Virus record (IMG/VR): IMGVR_UViG_3300046697_000072
Length of the DNA stretch: 64,000 bases
Reading direction: 5' to 3' (one strand)
Source: a virus
Shown piece by piece: positions 27,125-35,143 of the stretch. Each line of letters begins with the position of its first letter. The first letter of the stretch is position 1. The notes under the pieces are model-generated. The model had not been told where the DNA came from. It saw only the letters and a list, made by a program, of their open reading frames with translations, and ran no database searches. Position numbers and translations under genes: made by a program.

Positions 27125-28932
27125 CGGGTTACACTCCAATTTAAGGTTACTGCTCCTGGAACGATGGCCGTTCCTGTTTTGTTTGCCAGGCGGAAATGCA
27201 CGTAACCAGCGGTGGGCCACCAATACACAGCCAAGCCGTCTGTGGTCAGTGCTCCGTAGCCGGTGACCCCGCTAATGTCAGCATTTGGAGTGATGTAAAT
27301 TGTGTCGGTTGAAACTACTCCGGTTGCAACCACATTCGTGGCCGTGTCTTGTGCGTTCAGCGCAATTGAGGTTGTGCGAAGCGCCTGCGCTCCAGCAGCG
27401 ATCCTGATAGGGCTGTTCGGCATGATCCAATCTGTTCCGTTGTAGTAGAGCAGCACGGGCACGCTAGTTTGAAGTTCGCTTCCCAACAGAGCCGCTCCGT
27501 TGTGAAAGATCGGAACCGCGCCCCCTGAGTTGATCGCCAGCGTCATGGTTGAGGCGTTCACCGCGCCAGGAACGAACCAGATAAAATCCCCGGTGGCGAG
27601 CGTGAACGTGGGAGCTAGAGTACAGGTCTGGGCCGACGTGCTGGAAGACCCCGTGCAGGTCATCGGCACCGTGATGTTATGCGCTGTAGCTGCCACAGGA
27701 GCGCCATAGGCCCCAGTCCCAACAAGATTAGCCGAAGCGGGCACCGCAACCGCAGTAGGGGCAGCCGCGCCGCTGGTGTTGTTCAGCAGTTCGGTGGCGC
27801 TGGCCTGTGTTGCTAAATTCGTGAGCGGCACTGTCGGCGTGCAGGATGTACCGCTCGTGCAGGTTGTTCCGTAAACGCTCACGGTCGGATTCGACTTGTG
27901 AACCACGCCCGCGGGGGTGATGTAATCCACCCACTGGTTACTCGTGGCACTGGATTCGGGTGCCACCATCGTGCCGGTTAGAACGCTTGAGGCATTTAGG
28001 TACTGCGGCATGTGGGCCGTTGAATCCAGATAGACTGTCGGAACCGTAACCGTAGGAGCGGCCTCTTCCAGTCCCTGCAATAGCAGAGCCGTGCTCGATC
28101 CAGTGCTGAACCCTCCATCGGCCTCAATGATTCCGCTGACGTTGATGTTCCCTGTCTGCTGTGTGCCAGGAGCAGAGGATTGCAGGTTCACGCCAGCGAC
28201 AGACCCTGTTGGCACTACGAACGCCGAACCGTTCCACGAACACATGGAATAGGTGGGTATCGTGCCGCCACCCGTTGGAGGACATGCCCCGGCTACGGTG
28301 GCATCCGTAAACAACATCGTGTCACCGGCAGACGGAGATCCGGGCTTGCTCCCGAAAACGCCACGATAAGTGAAGCCTGTGCCGTTCGTGCCCGCTGCAC
28401 CGTTCGTTCCGTTCGTGCCATTGGTCCCGTTGCTGCCTGCCGCTCCAGTTGTGCCCATCGCGCCCGTCGTTCCGGTAGCGCCCTGTATGCCTTGGATTCC
28501 CTGAATACCTTGCGAACCTGTTGCGCCAGCCGCACCCTGTGGCCCAACCAACGACGTGCAGGTCCCTGGCCACGCCCCCGCCGCCTTGGGGCCGTACATG
28601 CAAGTGGTGTCGGTCTTCAGGTAGAAGTCCCCGTTGTTTCCCCCGGATGGCGCACCGGTCCCATTGAGGATCGAGTTTCCGTTGGTTCCGTTCGTTCCAT
28701 TCCCGGCGATGACTTCCCAGGAATAACTTCCTGACCCAACTTGGGAGCACCCGTAGAGGCTGGCATTCGCCGCTTGGGTGTTTTTCCGGTAGTAGACCTT
28801 CCCTACGTCACTGATGGTTCCACAGCCGCCCGATGGGGCCCCCGTGCCACTTGTGATCCTCTGTGCCGTCGAAGTGAACTGCGCCAACACCGGGGTGGAC
28901 AGGAACAGGATTGTTGCCAGTAAGCGTTTCAT
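27121..28932 (-). CDS. secreted collagen-like fibre protein
   Basis: GAGGTG RBS; MKRLLATILFLSTPVLA/QFTS signal; about 19 uninterrupted G-X-Y triplets. Confidence 0.75.
   Translation of the reverse strand: MKRLLATILFLSTPVLAQFTSTAQRITSGTGAPSGGCGTISDVGKVYYRKNTQAANASLYGCSQVGSGSYSWEVIAGNGTNGTNGNSILNGTGAPSGGNNGDFYLKTDTTCMYGPKAAGAWPGTCTSLVGPQGAAGATGSQGIQGIQGIQGATGTTGAMGTTGAAGSNGTNGTNGTNGAAGTNGTGFTYRGVFGSKPGSPSAGDTMLFTDATVAGACPPTGGGTIPTYSMCSWNGSAFVVPTGSVAGVNLQSSAPGTQQTGNINVSGIIEADGGFSTGSSTALLLQGLEEAAPTVTVPTVYLDSTAHMPQYLNASSVLTGTMVAPESSATSNQWVDYITPAGVVHKSNPTVSVYGTTCTSGTSCTPTVPLTNLATQASATELLNNTSGAAAPTAVAVPASANLVGTGAYGAPVAATAHNITVPMTCTGSSSTSAQTCTLAPTFTLATGDFIWFVPGAVNASTMTLAINSGGAVPIFHNGAALLGSELQTSVPVLLYYNGTDWIMPNSPIRIAAGAQALRTTSIALNAQDTATNVVATGVVSTDTIYITPNADISGVTGYGALTTDGLAVYWWPTAGYVHFRLANKTGTAIVPGAVTLNWSVTR
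28375..28545 (-). repeat. collagen-like G-X-Y triplet region
   Basis: GPQGAAGATGSQGIQGIQGIQGATGTTGAMGTTGAAGSNGTNGTNGTNGAAGTNGTG. Confidence 0.85.
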
Positions 28933-28939
28933 GGTCACC

Positions 28940-29263
28940 TCACAGGAGCCCGTACAAGTACTGAACGCCGTCCCCGGAATTGTCCAAATCAACGTAGACG
29001 GTCCTCAGGTCGTAATCATGAACCGGCCATGCGACACTCGCATCTCCGGGGTGGATCGGGCATCCGGAGCCGGAAGGGATCGCCCCGGAATCAGCAGCAT
29101 TGGGGACCCCGCCGATCCGGACTTCTCCGACGTTCGCTACCCCGCCTACAACACGGGGAAAGAACGTGATCCATGTTGCCGGGACGGGATTCAGACCCGA
29201 GGCTAAAGGAACGGCGGTTCCAGGGGTGGTGGAAGTTTTGAAGCCGTGATACAGTGCGGCCAT
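28940..29263 (-). CDS. hypothetical protein, first gene of the fibre operon
   Basis: 107 aa; GAGGT RBS; downstream of predicted promoter 29281-29309. Confidence 0.6.
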   Translation of the reverse strand: MAALYHGFKTSTTPGTAVPLASGLNPVPATWITFFPRVVGGVANVGEVRIGGVPNAADSGAIPSGSGCPIHPGDASVAWPVHDYDLRTVYVDLDNSGDGVQYLYGLL

Positions 29264-29280
29264 AGGTATACCTCACCCCG

Positions 29281-29309
29281 ATGCTACACCTTATTTAGCT
29301 TGATTTCAA
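29281..29309 (-). promoter_or_regulatory. sigma70-like promoter for the fibre operon
   Basis: Minus strand: TTGAAA-17 nt-TAGCAT, then GAGGT RBS and ATG 29263. Confidence 0.5.
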
Positions 29310-29330
29310 GTGCTTGAGCGGGTAATTCTG

Positions 29331-29486
29331 TCAGGCTGCGGCTGCGGAGTCCAACGTTGCACAAGCCAACGCCGACTCGGTGTCTTCCCGCTTCTGCTCA
29401 GGATCGAACGGGACGGACAGGGCTTCGGCCAGGAGAGTGATCTCGTCCTCGTCGTAGTCGAGTTTTCGTAGCCAGTGCCGATCCAT
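29331..29486 (-). CDS. small acidic ORF (51 aa) in the control region
   Basis: Not in the ORF track. MDRHWLRKLDYDEDEITLLAEAL...; downstream of minus-strand promoter 29511-29538; weak RBS; contains a palindrome copy. Confidence 0.35.
   Translation of the reverse strand: MDRHWLRKLDYDEDEITLLAEALSVPFDPEQKREDTESALACATLDSAAAA
29349..29362. repeat. iterated palindrome copy GTCCAACGTTGCAC
   Basis: 39 nt upstream of the -35 box of the fibre-operon promoter; inside the 51-aa ORF (A-T-L-D). Confidence 0.9.
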
Positions 29487-29510
29487 ACAAACTACCATCT
29501 TGACTACTAG

Positions 29511-29538
29511 GATATACCCACGATCATGTGGTTGTCAA
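29511..29538 (-). promoter_or_regulatory. sigma70-like leftward promoter
   Basis: Minus strand: TTGACA-16 nt-TATATC. Confidence 0.45.
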
Positions 29539-29823
29539 GGGGTTTGTGGCGGGAGGGTATTCCGGGAGCGGGTGGCATAAGTCTGGGATCGGCCCATTAT
29601 GCTCACCCGCCCTATTACACCTACTTGCGTTACGTCGCGTGAGGTTATCGAACCGGGGTACGGATCATCGCTCGTGTCGAGGGCCACTACCGTTTCGCAA
29701 GGGCGCAGAGCCGTGAGGACGCGCTTGCCCGCTAACAGGGGGACTCCAAAACCGTAGCTCCCCAGATACCCCAGCAAGTACGATTCTACGGCAACCCCGG
29801 TTTTATGTCAAGAGTTTTTTCGC

Positions 29824-29853
29824 TTGACAGCGGAAACCGGGCGGGTGTAGTAT
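29824..29853 (+). promoter_or_regulatory. sigma70-like rightward promoter (class B leader)
   Basis: TTGACA-18 nt-TAGTAT, then cgaagtg; compare TAGAATcgaaatg at 34355. Confidence 0.6.
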
Positions 29854-29856
29854 CGA

Positions 29857-29889
29857 AGTGTCTGCCGGTCGCGCAAACCGGCAGACACT
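29857..29889 (+). promoter_or_regulatory. perfect 11-12-bp stem-loop at the predicted transcript 5' end
   Basis: (A)GTGTCTGCCGG-tcgcgcaaa-CCGGCAGACAC(T), starting about 4 nt after the -10 box. Confidence 0.5.
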
Positions 29890-29978
29890 CTGGGTCCGGG
29901 ACGGGTCAAGAGTTTCAGTGGGTCCAGCGGGGCGGCTCCATACGCCCCGCCCCCACAACCACATGGAGGTGGTTGACG

Positions 29979-30542
29979 ATGCATTCTGACGCTTTGAAAT
30001 CCTTCAGGGTTGACCTTTCTGAAGATCGACTCGAATCCCTCTTTGAAGAATTTCTCGTAATGTTCCTGGGGGAATGTAACGAGGAGCCCTCCTTCATTCT
30101 GTTCACTGATAAACACCGGCAGAAACTGATCGATCTTGTTGGTGAGGCATACACGACTTCCCGGCACTACAACCAAATAGCGGAGTGGTCAATTGCTTGG
30201 GAAAACGGTAAGGCCGATGCCGACCAGATACTCTCTGTTTATGTTTTCGACCACTGTAGAACCCTTGAACAGGCAGAGGAACACCTTCGGGAAATGAAGT
30301 CTCTCCCGTATGTGGAATTCCTTAAGACGGATTACTGGTCAATCGTGCGGCGGGCCGTCATACGGATGCACAACGGGAAATGCGGGGTTTGTCTGTCTTC
30401 CGACCATCTCCACGTTCATCATAAATCCTACGATCACCACGGGGAGGAGCATGAACATCTTGAGGATTTGATCCCATTATGCCGTTCGTGTCACGAAAAG
30501 TTTCACAATAAAGTCCCAACTCCCGGAGTATCTGCTCAATGA
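29979..30542 (+). CDS. HNH-motif nuclease-like protein
   Basis: GGAGGTGG RBS before ATG 29979; C-terminus CGVC..SDHLHVHHKSY...DLIPLCRSCHEKFH. Confidence 0.65.
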   Translation: MHSDALKSFRVDLSEDRLESLFEEFLVMFLGECNEEPSFILFTDKHRQKLIDLVGEAYTTSRHYNQIAEWSIAWENGKADADQILSVYVFDHCRTLEQAEEHLREMKSLPYVEFLKTDYWSIVRRAVIRMHNGKCGVCLSSDHLHVHHKSYDHHGEEHEHLEDLIPLCRSCHEKFHNKVPTPGVSAQ

Positions 30543-31762
30543 AAACCGATGACCCGGTGTTCAAGCTCCTCACGGAGTTTTGCGGGCAGAGTGCCCAGGT
30601 CACCATACCAAGGGCGCTCATCTCCCTTACGGGTGACTTGAAAACCGCGATGGTTCTTTCTCAGGTCGTCTATTGGTCTGGCAAGAAAGACCAGTCTGAC
30701 GGTTGGTTCTATAAAACTTACGACCAATGGAATGAGGAATTAGCGCTTTCCAAGCATGAGGTTTCTAGGGCTGTTGATTGGCTTTCTAGTGAGGGATTAG
30801 TTGAGTTCGAAACCCGCAAGGAAGGTGGTGTCCCGAAGCTCCATTACCACTTTTCGATCTCCGGTTTCCGGAAGTGGATAGTTAAAAAAGGGGAAGTCGA
30901 TAGTGAAAAAATCGGAGATCTGAACAGCGAAAAACCGGAAGTCCCTAATAAGGAACAGAAGAATACTCCAGAAGAGTACAAACAGAAGAATACAGAAGAA
31001 CCTCCGCCGGAGGAAAACGGAACTATAACCGGAATTGAAAACCAAGAACCTTTTGACCGGGAGGCCCTTCCAAAACTTTTGTGTTCGCGGTTCAAGAGGC
31101 TGAGGGGGGTTCGGTCGTTTCCGAAAAGTTGCAGGGATCTCGTCCAACGTTGCACGGGCATTCTTAATTCGAACTGGTCCGAAGACCAAGTTCTATCTGT
31201 GTTCGAGGATTGGGAATCTGAGGAGTTCTGGAGATCCTTTACCATTGAGCATAAAGTGCATTCATTCTTCAAGTATACCGAGTCTCACTCCCCTCGCCAG
31301 AAGACCGAACTACTGGAGCCCCCCGGAGCATCCCCCCAGCCTGAGATCCCGGTGCTGGTTACGGCAACTCCAGTGGCCCCTGCGATTGATTTCCCGGCCC
31401 GGTGGAACGAGCTTGTACCAGCGCGGCCTACGGTTTGGAACCAAGCTCGGGATTCATGGCGCGGGGTGGGGGTGTTTTCAGACCCAGAATTTGCAGCCAA
31501 ATTTGACGACTTGTGCCGCACATGCCAGAAGTTCATCACAGCCAAGCCGGATGCAGATTGGGTTCACTTCCGCTGGATGATCGGAGCCAAGGACGGACAC
31601 CCGAACTGGCACCGGGTAGACAGTGACGAGTTCCATATCAGCGAGAAGCGCCACGGGTCCGGCATGACCGCTGAAGAGAAAGGCCAGATGACCCGTAATC
31701 TAGCCAAACAGATGGAGGAAGAGAATGAAACTCGAAAGAAAGCAGCCGCTCAGAAGTCTTGA
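30539..31762 (+). CDS. putative replication initiator / replisome organiser (winged-helix N-domain)
   Basis: GDLKTAMVLSQVVYWSGK...GWFYKTYDQWNEELALSKHEVSRAVDWLSSEGLVE; lies upstream of dnaB. Confidence 0.5.
   Translation: MKTDDPVFKLLTEFCGQSAQVTIPRALISLTGDLKTAMVLSQVVYWSGKKDQSDGWFYKTYDQWNEELALSKHEVSRAVDWLSSEGLVEFETRKEGGVPKLHYHFSISGFRKWIVKKGEVDSEKIGDLNSEKPEVPNKEQKNTPEEYKQKNTEEPPPEENGTITGIENQEPFDREALPKLLCSRFKRLRGVRSFPKSCRDLVQRCTGILNSNWSEDQVLSVFEDWESEEFWRSFTIEHKVHSFFKYTESHSPRQKTELLEPPGASPQPEIPVLVTATPVAPAIDFPARWNELVPARPTVWNQARDSWRGVGVFSDPEFAAKFDDLCRTCQKFITAKPDADWVHFRWMIGAKDGHPNWHRVDSDEFHISEKRHGSGMTAEEKGQMTRNLAKQMEEENETRKKAAAQKS
31142..31155. repeat. iterated palindrome copy GTCCAACGTTGCAC
   Basis: Internal to the initiator gene; the only coding copy in the Q-R-C frame. 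Confidence 0.9.
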
Positions 31763-32111
31763 GGACCGCACCACTGATGTCATGAAATCCATCGACAGTC
31801 TCTCTTGGATGCCGAAGTACCCGGAAAAACCTGAACACCTGAAACTCATCGCATCCTGTATCGCGTCATTCTGTGACACCGGGGAGATCAACTACACGGA
31901 CTTCGACCCGGACGATCCGACGCAAACCAAACCCGGCCCGATGGCCTGGGGCTGGCAGAAGCCTCTCGATTGGACGGTTAAGCGGGTGGCCGAAACCTGC
32001 TACTCGTTCCCGCCTCCCATACGCTGGCGTCAGATCTACTGTGAGGGAACCCCGTTCTGGCCGGTGGACGGGAAGACGGCGAACAACCTTCTGGCGGTGA
32101 TCGAGGCATGA
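31725..32111 (+). CDS. hypothetical protein (possible helicase-loading partner)
   Basis: 128 aa between the initiator and DnaB; role inferred from position only. Confidence 0.35.
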   Translation: MKLERKQPLRSLEDRTTDVMKSIDSLSWMPKYPEKPEHLKLIASCIASFCDTGEINYTDFDPDDPTQTKPGPMAWGWQKPLDWTVKRVAETCYSFPPPIRWRQIYCEGTPFWPVDGKTANNLLAVIEA

Positions 32112-33469
32112 AGACGGGCACCGAACAGAGCTTGCCTTGTAACGTAGACGCCGAGCGGGCCGTCCTTGGCTGTCTACTACTCGACGACTCGCTTGTCAAA
32201 GAGATCGACATCGGGCCGGATGCGTTCAGCCTGGATACTCACCGGAAGATCCTGAAGCATATCCTCAGCGTCTACGAGGAACAGAAACAGGTTGACTACA
32301 TCACGGTGGCGAACTCCCTGGTCTCAACTGGAGAGATCGAGTCGGTTGGCGGGGTGAGTTACCTGACATCGCTAACAGAGGGATTGCCGGAACATACGCG
32401 CATTACCGGATATCTCGGAATCGTCAAAGAGAAAGCCGCTCTTCGACGGCTGGTATTTCTGGGAGAGCATCTTGTCAACACTTCACTGGCTCAAGAGTTC
32501 ACGTCTCTGAAGATTGTCCACGACCTCGAAAAAGCCATCACCAAGATGGAGATAGGCGCGGAGAAGTCTTCATTCCAGAGCCTCGCGGATATTGTGGAGT
32601 CCTACGGAGGCCGGAAAGAATTCATCTCCCATGCGGTTGACCCCGGTGTCAGCTTCGGGTTTCCTCAGTGGGACAACCTGCTGGTTGGGTTGCAGCCGGA
32701 ATGCCAGTACATCATAGCTGGACGCACCAGTTCCGGGAAGTCTGCTCTGGCCGGGAACGTCGCGGTCAGCCTCGCCAAACGAGGCATCCCGGTCGCCATC
32801 CTGGGGCTGGAAATGGGACGAGGGATCACGCTGGCCAGAATGCTTTGCTCGCAGGCTCAGGCCCCGATCAAGTACTACTTGCGGCAGGAACTCACAGCTA
32901 CCCAGATGATGTACGTCGATCACGCCATGGAGGAAATACTGGGGCTCCCGATCTACATTGACGATGATCCACACTTGACCATCACAGACATGGCCCACAA
33001 GATCAACCGGATTGTGGCAGAGAAGAAAGTCCGCGTGGTGTTCTTAGACCACGTACACCGAGTCAACTGGCAAGGCGACAAAGACCTAAAGATCCGAAAT
33101 GAGTACGAGGGGATCACTACCGCAAGTTGGACATGCTGCCTACTGGCTCGACAGAACAAGATCTCAACGGTGGTTCTGTGCCAGTTGAATCGGCCACCTG
33201 ACAAACGCAAGGACGATGCCCCGCCGACACTCAACGATCTTCGGTCCACGGGGGCTCTTGAGTTCGATGCCACCGGGGTTCTGATGCTCCACCGTCCCGA
33301 ACTCTACGACAAGACCAAGACTGATTATAAGGGGATTGCGGAAGCATACGTCCGTAAGTCTAGGAACGGAGAACTCGGGATGGTGAGGATGAAGTTCAAG
33401 GGCTACTGCGTTACGTTTGAAGAAGACGAGCCGGGACTGGTGCCACCGGAAGAGGAGCACACGACATGA
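32108..33469 (+). CDS. dnaB: replicative DNA helicase DnaB
   Basis: N-terminal NVDAERAVLGCLLLD; Walker A GRTSSGKSALAGN; RecA-like C-domain ending LRSTGALEFDA...RKSRNGE. Confidence 0.9.
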   Translation: MKTGTEQSLPCNVDAERAVLGCLLLDDSLVKEIDIGPDAFSLDTHRKILKHILSVYEEQKQVDYITVANSLVSTGEIESVGGVSYLTSLTEGLPEHTRITGYLGIVKEKAALRRLVFLGEHLVNTSLAQEFTSLKIVHDLEKAITKMEIGAEKSSFQSLADIVESYGGRKEFISHAVDPGVSFGFPQWDNLLVGLQPECQYIIAGRTSSGKSALAGNVAVSLAKRGIPVAILGLEMGRGITLARMLCSQAQAPIKYYLRQELTATQMMYVDHAMEEILGLPIYIDDDPHLTITDMAHKINRIVAEKKVRVVFLDHVHRVNWQGDKDLKIRNEYEGITTASWTCCLLARQNKISTVVLCQLNRPPDKRKDDAPPTLNDLRSTGALEFDATGVLMLHRPELYDKTKTDYKGIAEAYVRKSRNGELGMVRMKFKGYCVTFEEDEPGLVPPEEEHTT

Positions 33470-33648
33470 CGCCGAGTACAACGTTGGACAAAGGCAAACG
33501 GGACACTTGCAAGGGCTGCGGTGCTACCATCTGGTGGCGTCCGTGGCCGACAACCGGGAAGATGCACCCGTTCAATGAGAACGGGACTTCGCATTTCGGG
33601 ACATGCCCGAATGCTTCCCAATTTCGGAAACCGAGGGTAAAGGCATGA
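33466..33648 (+). CDS. small zinc-ribbon-like protein
   Basis: 60 aa; CKGC...H..H.GTC. Confidence 0.55.
   Translation: MTPSTTLDKGKRDTCKGCGATIWWRPWPTTGKMHPFNENGTSHFGTCPNASQFRKPRVKA
33477..33490. repeat. iterated palindrome copy GTACAACGTTGGAC
   Basis: Codons 4-9 of ORF 33466 (T-T-L-D). Confidence 0.9.
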
Positions 33649-34088
33649 CCCACATGCCCGCAGCACGCGCTCACCGACTGGTGGAGAAGCTACCCACCGG
33701 ATTTCGGATCTATCCAGAGAAAAGCAGTGAGTATTTCTGGGTCTGGGTCTACCCGACGCAGGCCCAAATGATTCGCTTTAGCGCCCATCTACGGAGGACC
33801 GCCGCCGATCTGGTGCCAGACGCTCTCGCTTATGTTCACCCGGTTACTACAAAGGGCATGATTGGCTACGTTCTGATCTGGGAGAAGCACCTGAACCACG
33901 CGACGGTCAGCCATGAGATCTTCCATGCCGTCGCGTGGTGGGCGCACCGGAAGCGCCTGGACCCAGTGAAGTGCCTCTCGTGGAAAGGCTGGAAGACCCA
34001 GCGCGGCATTGCCACCCATGAGCGCATGGCGGAAGCGATGGGCAAGATGGCAGCGCAGTTCTGGAGGCACATTCATGATGCGAGGTAA
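33645..34088 (+). CDS. hypothetical protein with HExxH motif
   Basis: ATGA-coupled start; ATVSHEIFHAVAWWAH; 147 aa. Confidence 0.5.
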   Translation: MTHMPAARAHRLVEKLPTGFRIYPEKSSEYFWVWVYPTQAQMIRFSAHLRRTAADLVPDALAYVHPVTTKGMIGYVLIWEKHLNHATVSHEIFHAVAWWAHRKRLDPVKCLSWKGWKTQRGIATHERMAEAMGKMAAQFWRHIHDAR

Positions 34089-34299
34089 CGGAGGCGGAGG
34101 CTCGGGATGGGACTACTACGATATCATCCATCCCAACTCCAGCCAAATCCATTTCAATAACCATCGCAAGGGTACATGCCGATTCCGGCTTCCCGATAAA
34201 ACTCTCTGCGGGGCTCCGTTCTCTGGTCCCCCTAACCGCAAGTACTGCTCGGAGCACAGCACCTACACGCAGTACACCGGGATTTTATCCAGAGTGTAA
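34075..34299 (+). CDS. hypothetical small protein
   Basis: GGAGG RBS before ATG 34075; the TAA stop lies inside a palindrome copy. Confidence 0.5.
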   Translation: MMRGNGGGGSGWDYYDIIHPNSSQIHFNNHRKGTCRFRLPDKTLCGAPFSGPPNRKYCSEHSTYTQYTGILSRV

Positions 34300-34307
34300 C
34301 GTTGGAC
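34294..34307. repeat. iterated palindrome copy GTGTAACGTTGGAC
   Basis: The C-to-T variant creates the TAA stop of gene 34075-34299; 24 nt upstream of the -35 box at 34332. Confidence 0.85.
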
Positions 34308-34331
34308 TCCCACGATCCCCAAGAAAAACTC

Positions 34332-34360
34332 TTGACATCATGAAACGGCCAGCGTAGAAT
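34332..34360 (+). promoter_or_regulatory. sigma70-like promoter (class B leader)
   Basis: aaaaactcTTGACA-17 nt-TAGAAT; palindrome copy 24 nt upstream of the -35 box. Confidence 0.65.
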
Positions 34361-34381
34361 CGAAATGCAAAGGAGATTTAC

Positions 34382-35143
34382 ATGCCGGAAGCAAACACCG
34401 CTTTAGAGTTAATCAAGAAGAAGCCGACTGAAAAAGAAATGAAGTTCTTGGCCGAGACGGCCAAAGAAGGCGTTACCCTGGAGAAGTTGATCCCGGACGA
34501 CATGGACCCCGGCGACTTGCTGGGCAACATGGACATCGTGTGCCGAGGGCTGGCGCGGGCCGACACGGTAACCAACGGGCTGATCCCGGTCCTGGGCCGG
34601 ATGCTGGCCGTGGCGAAGTCGAACCCTGCCGTCATGGAGAAGGCCGGGGTGGATACCTGGGACAAGTTCCTGGAAGAGAAGGTCTATCCGTACTTCCAGC
34701 GGGGCCGGTCCACGGCGTTTTTCGCCCTGCGGTTGGCGAAGCGATGGCCGAGCCTGGACACCCAGACCTACACCGCCGTCTCCCGGCGCGGGTTCCAGAT
34801 TCTCATGAAGGCCATCCCGGAGAAACAGACCACGGAGCCGTGGGCCAAGGCGCTGGTCAAGAAAGCCGCCAAGCTCAGCGTGGACGCGCTGGAGCAGCAC
34901 TGCGAGGAGCAGGGCTACCTGACGCATGGGTCCGTTACGGGCGCGGTGATTAGGGTAGCCACGAACAAGGCCACGGCGCGGGCTTGGGAGAAGTTCTGCA
35001 AGAACAAGAAAATCCAGGCGTACTGCCAGTCCGACCAGCCGGACGTGATCCTCAACAAACTCATGGAAGAGTGCGAGATCGAGTGGATGTCGCGGGCCGA
35101 AGACGCCGCTGCCGCACCCGTTCAACCCGTGGAGGCCGCATGA
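34382..35143 (+). CDS. hypothetical protein
   Basis: 253 aa; AAGGAGA RBS; first gene after promoter 34332. Confidence 0.6.
   Translation: MPEANTALELIKKKPTEKEMKFLAETAKEGVTLEKLIPDDMDPGDLLGNMDIVCRGLARADTVTNGLIPVLGRMLAVAKSNPAVMEKAGVDTWDKFLEEKVYPYFQRGRSTAFFALRLAKRWPSLDTQTYTAVSRRGFQILMKAIPEKQTTEPWAKALVKKAAKLSVDALEQHCEEQGYLTHGSVTGAVIRVATNKATARAWEKFCKNKKIQAYCQSDQPDVILNKLMEECEIEWMSRAEDAAAAPVQPVEAA

Larger units (their letters stand above)
29807..29915 (+). repeat. 11-bp direct repeat GTCAAGAGTTT x2 flanking the rightward promoter
   Basis: Copies at 29807-29817 and 29905-29915; shorter GTCAAG(A) at 29534 (+) and about 29497 (-). Confidence 0.6.

Noticed and set aside
29528-29777. ORFs of 62 aa (+) and 80 aa (-) in the spacer between the divergent promoters.
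   Set aside because: They have no RBS, would run through or start inside the predicted promoters, and have an unconvincing composition. The region is better treated as regulatory or possible ncRNA.
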